Shown: piece by piece, positions 1-6,686 of the stretch
Numbering within the stretch: the stretch's first letter is position 1
Layout: every line of letters starts with the position of its first letter
Assembly (NCBI GenBank): GCA_027033875.1
Contig: JALVKK010000171.1
Coordinates: 1 to 30,666 of the forward strand
Source: Flavobacteriales bacterium
GTDB taxonomy: Bacteria > Bacteroidota > Bacteroidia > Flavobacteriales > Flavobacteriaceae
Direction of reading: 5' to 3'
Length of the DNA stretch: 30,666 bases
Position numbers and translations under genes: made by a program
The notes under the pieces: model-generated
Databases searched by the model: none
What the model was told of the DNA's origin: nothing
Seen by the model: the letters and a program-made list of their open reading frames with translations, nothing else

Positions 1-2
1 AA

Positions 3-3000
3 GTAATCACAGGTGTGGTTACAGATGCCGGAAACGGAGAACCGCTTCCGGGTGTTAATATTGTTGTAAAAGGTACCCAAACGGGTGCCACAACAGATTT
101 TGACGGTAAATATACCATCAAAGCGAACAAAGGGCAAACCTTAATGTTCTCTTATGTTGGTTATAATACCGTTGAAAGGAAAGTAGGCGATTCTAATGTC
201 ATCAATGTACAATTAAAACAAGGTGATCAGTTAGAAACTGTTGTAATTACAGGTGCGCAAGGCATTAAAGAAAAACCAAAAGAGGTATCTTATGCACAAC
301 AGGTTGTTAAAGCTAAAGATTTGACTATTGGTAAAGACACCAATATTAAAACTGCTATTGCAGGTAAAGTTGCTGGGGTACAAGTTCATGCTCAAGCTGG
401 ATCTAAACTTGGACAATCTGGCAAAGTGTATTTACGTGGAGCAATCTCTGCTTTAGGTAGAAAAGAAGCAATTTATATTGTTGACGGCGTTGAAACCAGC
501 CCCGATAATATTGATATGGAAAACGTAGCTTCAATCAACGTACTAAAAGGACCTGCAGCAGTTTCATTATATGGTTTAAGAGGTGCTGATGGTGTAATCA
601 TTGTTACTAGCAAATCAGGTAAGAAAGGATCTTTAAGTGTTGAATTATATAATAACACAACCTTTGAAAAGGTAGCTTATTTACCTAACTATCAAAATGA
701 ATATGGTCAAGGATATAGGGGCGCTGCTGAGTTTGATACTTTTGATATGTCATCAGCTTCGAATTACCCTGCCGAATGGTCAGCTTTGAATGGCGGCCGA
801 TATATTAAAAGACCTTATGCTGATGAAAGTTGGGGACCTAAATTTGATGGCGAAGATTACTTTCCTTGGTACACATGGTGGCCAGGTGAAAATAACAGTA
901 ATAAATACTTTGCAAAACCTCAAAAATATGAAGCAGCCCCTAACAATGTTAAAGATTTTTATAATACTGGTGTCAACACCAAATCCGGTGTAGCTATCAG
1001 TGGTGGTAGCGATAAAGCCAAAGGCCGTATTTCTTTTTCTAAAAACGACATAAAAGGCTTGATTCCCACTACAACATTACAACAAAATATAGCTAGTGCT
1101 AAATTTAGTGTAAAACTTACTGATAAATTCACTATTGGTTTTAATGGAACATTATCTACCAAAGAAATAAATGGTGGTAGTGATTTTGATGATAGTTATG
1201 GAAATGCAATTTCTGGATCATTCAACCAATGGTTTGGTCGTCAGTTATCTACTAAAAAAATGAAAGAATTAAAAAACTTAAAAACAGTTAATGGTTATCA
1301 TGCCTCTTGGAACTGGTGGAGTCCTTATGGATATCTATTAGCGGACTTAGGTTATATCCCCGGAGGAGCTGCTGTTGAAAAACCTGTTTTTTGGTACAAT
1401 CCATACTGGCAATTAGAGCAAGAAAGTTATAATACAAATTATAATAGAGCAGTAGGTATTATTAACTTAGACTACAAACTTAGTGATAACTTAGATATTA
1501 AAGCTAGTGCATCTAAAACGACTAACACCTATAATTATGAAAGAAAAACCAATTATTTGATGCAATTTAATTCTAATGCTTTATCTTTTGGTTACACCGA
1601 TTATTTAAATTCGATGGAACAAACAAAAAGTTATTATGCTTTAAATGAATTAAAATTAATGGGAGATTTTAAACATCAATTTAATGATAATTTTAAATTA
1701 CAATTTATATTAGGAGGTAATTATAGAGGAGCTAACTATGAGAGATTAAAAAGCGCAATGTCAAGAAATGGCAAACCAACCTCAGCCGGTTTTGTAATTC
1801 CTGATGTTTACAGTTTCTCTAACTCTAAAGAAGTTATTAAACCGGAAAGTTTAATGAGAAGGTTTAAAGCTTTTACCGCATTTAGCCGTTTAAAATTAGA
1901 CTATAAAGACTTCTTATTTTTTACAGCCGATCTTTCTAACGTTTGGGATAGCCGATATGATTTATACGGTAGAGACAACTCTAATTCTTTTATGTTTGGA
2001 TCAGCCGGATTGAGTTTACTATTCTCAAAAGTATTAGAACTACCTAAATTTATTAACTTTGGGAAATTCCGTTTAAGCTATGCTGAAGTTGGAACCGAAA
2101 TTAATTCAAACAGTTTAAACCCTGGATATGTAATTGGTGCGTCAGACTATGATTCATATAACAATCTTCCATTAATGTATTTACCAAATACTATTGTTGA
2201 TCCAAATGTAAGACCTGCAACATCTTCAGCAATAGAAACAGGTATAGATTTGAAAATGCTTAATAATAGATTGATGTTCTCTTTAACTTACTTCAACGAA
2301 CACCGTAAAAACGAGATTATTAGAACTGAAATTCCTTATGAAAGCGGTGCGCAAGCTATCATGGCTAACGCAGGAGATGTCCAAAGAACCGGTTTCGAAA
2401 TTGAATTAGGTGGTGATATTATAAAAAAGGAAGATTTCGGTTGGCACATGGCAGTTAACTTCTCTAATCCTAACGTAGAAGTCATTAAATTAGCTGATGG
2501 ACAAGATAGTCAATTATTATCAAGAAGTTCATTTGGGGTTGTTTCTGTCTTAAATATGCCAGGGGAACCTTACGGACAACTTGTCGGTACCGGTATTAAA
2601 AAAGATAAAAACGGAAATAATATTATTGATCCTTCGACTGGTTTTTATGTTACTGAAGAAAATCAAAAGTTTGGTAGCATCTTACCCGATTTTAACGGAG
2701 GTATTATCAACTCATTCAGGTATAAAAATATAAACTTGGCTGCAACGATCAACTACCAAAAAGGTGGCAAATTTTTCAGTTTATCAGAGTGGTGGGGAAC
2801 TTACACTGGTGTATTAGCTGAAACCGCCGGAAACAATGACAAAGGTCATGAACAACGAGATGATGTAGCTAATGGTGGAGGTGTTCACGTTACAGGTGTT
2901 GACGAAGCAGGAAATGCAGTTGATATGTACGTAGAAGCACACGACTATTATCAACAACAATATCCTAGCTTAGCAGAAGGTTTCATTCACGATGCCAGTT

Positions 3001-3230
3001 ATATCAAATTGTCTGAAGTTAGCTTGAGCTATTCATTCCCTAAATCTCTTTTAGGAAAAAATATCAAAGGAGCTTCAATAGGTGTAGTTGCCAGAAATTT
3101 AGGTATGATTGCTGTCTCAGGCGACAATAAACATAACTGGGATCCTTCGGAATTCGGTTATATGTTTGGTGATGATGCCCAATTACCAGGAACTACCAGT
3201 TTTGGTTTCAATGTAAAATTAACTTTATAA
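3..3230 (+). CDS. SusC/RagA-family TonB-dependent outer-membrane transporter, 5'-truncated by the window edge
   Basis: Frame is open from position 3 (V-I-T-G-V-V-T-D). N-terminal CarboxypepD_reg-like segment (GEPLPGVNIVVKGT..TTTDFDGKY), TonB-box-like LETVVITG, plug motifs (IYIVDGV, NVLKGPAAVSLYG..GADGVIIVTSK), barrel ending in aromatic alternation FGFNVKLTL. Followed 13 bp later by a SusD. Confidence 0.95.
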   Translation, partial: VITGVVTDAGNGEPLPGVNIVVKGTQTGATTDFDGKYTIKANKGQTLMFSYVGYNTVERKVGDSNVINVQLKQGDQLETVVITGAQGIKEKPKEVSYAQQVVKAKDLTIGKDTNIKTAIAGKVAGVQVHAQAGSKLGQSGKVYLRGAISALGRKEAIYIVDGVETSPDNIDMENVASINVLKGPAAVSLYGLRGADGVIIVTSKSGKKGSLSVELYNNTTFEKVAYLPNYQNEYGQGYRGAAEFDTFDMSSASNYPAEWSALNGGRYIKRPYADESWGPKFDGEDYFPWYTWWPGENNSNKYFAKPQKYEAAPNNVKDFYNTGVNTKSGVAISGGSDKAKGRISFSKNDIKGLIPTTTLQQNIASAKFSVKLTDKFTIGFNGTLSTKEINGGSDFDDSYGNAISGSFNQWFGRQLSTKKMKELKNLKTVNGYHASWNWWSPYGYLLADLGYIPGGAAVEKPVFWYNPYWQLEQESYNTNYNRAVGIINLDYKLSDNLDIKASASKTTNTYNYERKTNYLMQFNSNALSFGYTDYLNSMEQTKSYYALNELKLMGDFKHQFNDNFKLQFILGGNYRGANYERLKSAMSRNGKPTSAGFVIPDVYSFSNSKEVIKPESLMRRFKAFTAFSRLKLDYKDFLFFTADLSNVWDSRYDLYGRDNSNSFMFGSAGLSLLFSKVLELPKFINFGKFRLSYAEVGTEINSNSLNPGYVIGASDYDSYNNLPLMYLPNTIVDPNVRPATSSAIETGIDLKMLNNRLMFSLTYFNEHRKNEIIRTEIPYESGAQAIMANAGDVQRTGFEIELGGDIIKKEDFGWHMAVNFSNPNVEVIKLADGQDSQLLSRSSFGVVSVLNMPGEPYGQLVGTGIKKDKNGNNIIDPSTGFYVTEENQKFGSILPDFNGGIINSFRYKNINLAATINYQKGGKFFSLSEWWGTYTGVLAETAGNNDKGHEQRDDVANGGGVHVTGVDEAGNAVDMYVEAHDYYQQQYPSLAEGFIHDASYIKLSEVSLSYSFPKSLLGKNIKGASIGVVARNLGMIAVSGDNKHNWDPSEFGYMFGDDAQLPGTTSFGFNVKLTL

Positions 3231-3243
3231 AATATAATATAAA

Positions 3244-4704
3244 ATGAAGAAATTAATTTATTTCGTAGCGTTAGTAGTCCTAACACTTAACTCTTGTAAA
3301 AGAGTTGATTTTGGGGACATTAACATAGATCCATATCAACCTCAACAAGGCAACATAGATGCATTGATGAGAGGTGCTATGTCAAGTTTTGCCACTAATG
3401 GTGGTCGTGTTTACTTTTCAAATGCGACTCTTTACGCACAATATCAATCACAAACCACATACACCCAAGAACAAAGATATGTTCAATATGTCGGATCTTG
3501 GTACAGATATTATGTTGAACAGTTAAACAGTTTAAAAAGTATTGTTAACACAAATGATGATGTTAGAGGATCAACAGATAACATGAAAGCAATAGCTGAA
3601 TTAACAAGTGTTTTGATATACAAAAGAATTACGGACACCTATGGTGATATTCCATACTTTGAAGCACTTGATAATGACAATTTAACGCCAAATTATACTC
3701 CTCAAAGAGAAATTTATCTGGACTTAATTGCTAGGGCAAAAGCAGCTAGGGATTTATTAAATCCAAGCGCATTTACACCCGATGCCAATACTGATATTTT
3801 CTACGGGGGTGATATCCAAAAATGGGGTAAATTCGCGAACTCATTAATATTAGCATTAAGTATTCAATTATCTAATACTGATGCTGCTTCTTTAGCACAA
3901 AATGCTTTTAATGAAGCATTAGGTAACTCTTATGGTGTTATTGAAGATAATTCTGATAATTTAGTATTCACACCAAACGTAGCCGGTGGAGTTGTTAATC
4001 CTATTTCTAGATCGAGACCTGGTGACTTTAATGTTTCTAAAGAATTGACTGATGCATTAATGGGAAATCCCGGTCCTTGGGGAGCCGGCTTGAACGATCC
4101 TAAAAATGTTACGTCGAATCATACCTATGATAAACGTGTTTTAAAGTATACTGAAAATGGTTCTGATGGTTTGCCATTTGGATATACTTCTTATCCGGGA
4201 GCAGCTGACAGTATGAATGATATGTTTGATAGCGAAGACTCTCCCTTTACTCTATTTAGTGCCGCTTACACTTGGTTAAACCGAGCAGAAGGTGCTTTAA
4301 TATACAGTTCAGGAGAAGACGCCTCTACTATGCTAACAAATGGTATTGAAAAATCATATACTGCGGTTGGATTAACTCTATCAGATGCTAGCTCGTACGC
4401 AGCCATCAGAATAGCTGATGCTGGTAACGCAAGTATAGCTCCTGGAGGTATGGCACAAGTAATAGGTGAAGAAAAATGGTTTGCTTTATTCCCTGACGGA
4501 TTTGCCGCTTGGGCGGAACAAAGAAGAACAGGATGGCCTGCATTGCAACCTGCACCTGATGCGGTTAATGGCGGAGTAATACCTCATAGAATGCTTTATC
4601 CCTCAAATTCTAAAACGGTTAACCCGAACGGATGGGCACAAGGTGTTCAAGGTTTATTGCCTTCAGAAGACCTAAATACATCTGAAATTTGGTGGGAACA
4701 ATAA
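3244..4704 (+). CDS. SusD/RagB-family outer-membrane lipoprotein
   Basis: Lipoprotein signal (MKK..LTLNSC), TDTYGDIPYFEAL, DIFYGGDIQKWGKFANSL, EKWFALF..GFAAWAEQRRTGWP, IPHRMLYP and C-terminal IWWEQ are SusD-like motifs. Directly downstream of susC. Confidence 0.93.
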   Translation: MKKLIYFVALVVLTLNSCKRVDFGDINIDPYQPQQGNIDALMRGAMSSFATNGGRVYFSNATLYAQYQSQTTYTQEQRYVQYVGSWYRYYVEQLNSLKSIVNTNDDVRGSTDNMKAIAELTSVLIYKRITDTYGDIPYFEALDNDNLTPNYTPQREIYLDLIARAKAARDLLNPSAFTPDANTDIFYGGDIQKWGKFANSLILALSIQLSNTDAASLAQNAFNEALGNSYGVIEDNSDNLVFTPNVAGGVVNPISRSRPGDFNVSKELTDALMGNPGPWGAGLNDPKNVTSNHTYDKRVLKYTENGSDGLPFGYTSYPGAADSMNDMFDSEDSPFTLFSAAYTWLNRAEGALIYSSGEDASTMLTNGIEKSYTAVGLTLSDASSYAAIRIADAGNASIAPGGMAQVIGEEKWFALFPDGFAAWAEQRRTGWPALQPAPDAVNGGVIPHRMLYPSNSKTVNPNGWAQGVQGLLPSEDLNTSEIWWEQ

Positions 4705-4720
4705 AACTCATCTTTAACCT

Positions 4721-4757
4721 TATAAAAAAACCGCCAAATTTGGCGGTTTTTTTTATA
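4721..4757. terminator. Bidirectional intrinsic terminator after susD
   Basis: Perfect palindrome CCGCCAAATTTGGCGG flanked by an A7 and a T8 tract. Confidence 0.9.
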
Positions 4758-4827
4758 CTAAGTAAGCCAATACAAACAATAAGCAAAATTATATGTTAAA
4801 TAATTTAAACATCAAACAATAAAAACC

Positions 4828-4835
4828 TATCTTTG
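4828..4835 (+). promoter_or_regulatory. Bacteroidota -7 promoter element for gene X fragment 1
   Basis: TATCTTTG matches TAnnTTTG. The same octamer precedes the other two gene X copies. Confidence 0.6.
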
Positions 4836-4842
4836 TTAATTA

Positions 4843-4904
4843 ATACCGAATTTCGAATTCAATATAGTTCATTTCATTGAACTATATTCATTCAGTATCG
4901 GTAT
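4843..4904. repeat. Long imperfect hairpin in the leader of gene X fragment 1
   Basis: Perfect 11-bp arms AATATAGTTCA (4861-4871) / TGAACTATATT (4878-4888), extended by GAAT/ATTC and outer ATACCGA/TCGGTAT arms. Confidence 0.7.
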
Positions 4905-4982
4905 AAACAATTCTAAAAACATAAAATAGTTTTGGCTATTTTATATTAAGAATACGTATAATCAAAACAAACAACTAACAAA

Positions 4983-5030
4983 ATGACATCACCACACAAT
5001 TTTCATATCCCTGTTATGGGGGTGGCATAC
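4983..5030 (+). pseudogene. Gene X fragment 1: first 16 codons only
   Basis: MTSPHNFHIPVMGVAY matches the start of 20543-22339 (MNALHNFHIPVMGVAY). Similarity ends abruptly at 5030; the ORF runs on through unrelated sequence to 5180. Confidence 0.85.
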
Positions 5031-5168
5031 TATAATTACCTGCAAGCTACCAAAAAGAAAAATCCAAAACCAAACTCCTTTTCTTTTTTAAAATTCAAAA
5101 TAAGTCTATCTATATCTATAAGACAGGTAGTTATGTTTTATATCATAATGGTGAGCTTAAATCTGACT

Positions 5169-5208
5169 TTTTTACACTAAATGATTATTTTTATAAATTT
5201 TTACACTA
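5169..5208 (+). promoter_or_regulatory. 11-bp direct repeat upstream of the antitoxin remnant (possible operator)
   Basis: TTTTTACACTA at 5169-5179 and 5198-5208. The operator role is inferred from autoregulation of AbiE-type systems. Confidence 0.3.
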
Positions 5209-5232
5209 TATTTTTAGGCAGTATATAAAACA

Positions 5233-5409
5233 ATGAGAATTAAAAACATATCAACTCAATCAAGTAAAATCTTAACCTACTTTAACGAGTTAGGACAAGA
5301 GTGTTTTACTTATGCTGATGCTGTTAAGGTTTTACCCAATTCAAGAAATAGCGCCTTGAAAGAATTATTGAGTGATATGGTAAAAAGAGGCCTCTTAATG
5401 CGTTTGAAA
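5233..5409 (+). pseudogene. N-terminal ~59 aa of an AbiEi-like (type IV TA) antitoxin, winged-helix region
   Basis: ISTQSSKILTYFNE..CFTY..ALKELLSDMVKRGLLMRLK resembles the N-terminus of Bacteroidota AbiEi-family antitoxins as I recall them. The frame then reads 7 unrelated codons to a stop at 5433. Confidence 0.7.
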
Positions 5410-5639
5410 ATTTGTTGGAAAAACATCAAATAGACATAGAATTTTATATTGCTGATTTTATAAAAAAATGTGAAAACAAAGGTATAAATCCCTCAAATTT
5501 TCATTCAAAACTCAACCAAAGATTACCACAATACAAAGCCCGTTGGCAGAAGTCTATGGCAGATCAAATTCAAAATTTACCGGATTTTGAAACTGTGTTG
5601 CGTGGAACAATGCGTCATTTAAAAAAATTAGAAGTGTAA
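5410..5639 (+). pseudogene. C-terminal ~75 aa of an AbiEii-like nucleotidyltransferase toxin
   Basis: LLEKHQIDIEFYI..F..KCENKG..P..FH.KL.QRLPQYKARWQKSMADQIQNLPDFE..RHLKKL resembles the C-terminus of the cognate toxin. No catalytic N-terminal half (KGGT / SEDLDF-type motifs) is present, and there is no proper start. Confidence 0.65.
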
Positions 5640-5649
5640 AATGAAACCC

Positions 5650-5685
5650 CTGTAGGCAACACATATATAATACATAGCGGAGTTC
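5650..5685 (+). other. Possible left arm of an attC-like (integron-cassette-type) palindromic element, right arm missing
   Basis: CTGTAGGCAAC-ACATATATAATACATAGCGGAGTTC begins ~10 bp after the toxin stop. It resembles from memory the left arms of cassette-bounding repeats in Bacteroidota. No complementary arm is seen downstream. Confidence 0.35.
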
Positions 5686-5749
5686 TACTGAAAAGTATTG
5701 CTCTCAAATTTAATCTAAAATAAAATCTTAGACTTCAAAATTAAAACCC

Positions 5750-5757
5750 TATCTTTG
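5750..5757 (+). promoter_or_regulatory. Bacteroidota -7 promoter element for gene X fragment 2
   Basis: TATCTTTG 27 bp upstream of the ATG at 5785. The context AAAACC(C)TATCTTTGTTAATTAAT is shared with 4822-4844. Confidence 0.65.
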
Positions 5758-5784
5758 TTAATTAATTAAAAGAATAACAAACAA

Positions 5785-6066
5785 ATGAACTCTCCCCACA
5801 ATTTTCATATTCCCGTTATGGGGGTTGCTTATACTATTGACACGCCTTTAAAGGTCGCACCGTTTGGTATCGATTCCGTTATTTCACTTGTCGATAATGT
5901 TTTGCTGGAAAAATTGCGGGCAAAGTATAGTGAAAAATTTAACTTACCCTACAAAGAAATTTCACAGAAAGCCGAAGATTATATGGCTAAACGTATCACG
6001 GCTTATTTGAACTTAATCAATAAATTGACCATAGAAAAATTTGAAGAACAGAAAAACGGTTTTTAA
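5785..6066 (+). pseudogene. Gene X fragment 2: first ~93 codons
   Basis: Aligns without gaps to the N-terminus of 20543-22339 (HNFHIPVMGVAYTI..PLKVAPFGIDSVISLVDNVLLEKLR.KYSEKF.LPYKEIS.KAEDYMAKRITAYL) with many synonymous differences. Stops at TAA 6064-6066. Confidence 0.9.
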
Positions 6067-6606
6067 ACAAGCAGATTATATTATAATTATATACCTGATT
6101 GGGGTATTATAAATGCCTATAAAGCATCTTGGTTTGGAGGTGGTGATAACGGTAAATTTTATGGTAATCAAGCCTTACTTACCTATGGAGAAATGTTACT
6201 AATTCAAGCGGAAGCAGAAGCTAGAGTAAATGGTGTAAGTAATGGTGTTGACAAACTTAATGATTACTATAATCTACTTGGTGCCGGTTATACCCCGCAA
6301 GGTGGAGATATGGGATTTGGTCTAGGATATCCTACCAGAACAGCCGCAGATTATGCAACTCTTAAAGATTTCTTAACTGACGTACTTCAAGAAAGATATC
6401 TATATTTTATTGGTGACTTTGAAGCATTTGTTGATCATGCACGTGTTAACGGCGATGCCGATGTTGACAGTAGTTATATGCAATTAAAATCAGGCTTCAC
6501 AGGAAACCCAGTAAGGTTCCTTTATCCACAGGTTGAAATTGATTCCAATGATAATATCCCCGCTACCATACCTGATATTAACGCACCATTACCTATTTAT
6601 AACTAA
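6067..6606 (+). pseudogene. 3' fragment (~179 codons) of a second SusD/RagB-family gene
   Basis: Frame is open from 6067 (TSRLYYNY...). LLTYGEMLLIQAEAEAR, VLQERYLYFIGDFEAFVDHAR and PVRFLYPQVEIDSNDNIP are SusD C-terminal motifs. No signal peptide, N-terminus or partner SusC. Confidence 0.8.
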
Positions 6607-6629
6607 GCCTAAATAATTTAGCAATGAAA

Positions 6630-6668
6630 AAAAGAGGCTGTCTCAAAAATATCGAGACAGCCTCTTTT
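6630..6668. terminator. Bidirectional terminator-like hairpin between the susD fragment and the convergent T9SS gene
   Basis: Perfect 15-bp arms AAAAGAGGCTGTCTC / GAGACAGCCTCTTTT with a 9-nt loop. Confidence 0.85.
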
Positions 6669-6686
6669 ATATAAAACTATTTGCTT

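Noticed and set aside
4983-5180. 65-aa ORF as a genuine small protein
   Set aside because: Only the first 16 codons have homology; the rest is read-through into AT-rich unrelated DNA.
5213-5223. TTTAGGCAGTA as the upstream attC core (GTTRRRY) of the TA cassette
   Set aside because: It lacks the G of GTT and is not complementary to the downstream CTGTAGGCAAC arm. The region is better explained as the TA promoter.
5785-6066. Diversity-generating retroelement template/variable repeat pair with gene X
   Set aside because: Differences from 20543+ are mostly synonymous and not adenine-specific (ccc/ccg, ggg/ggc, gct/gcc), they lie at the N-terminus, and no reverse transcriptase is present.
4760-6670. 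Simple repeat-induced misassembly of gene X
   Set aside because: The three copies differ at many synonymous sites and have different promoters and breakpoints, which collapse of an identical repeat would not produce. Chimerism still needs read-level exclusion.
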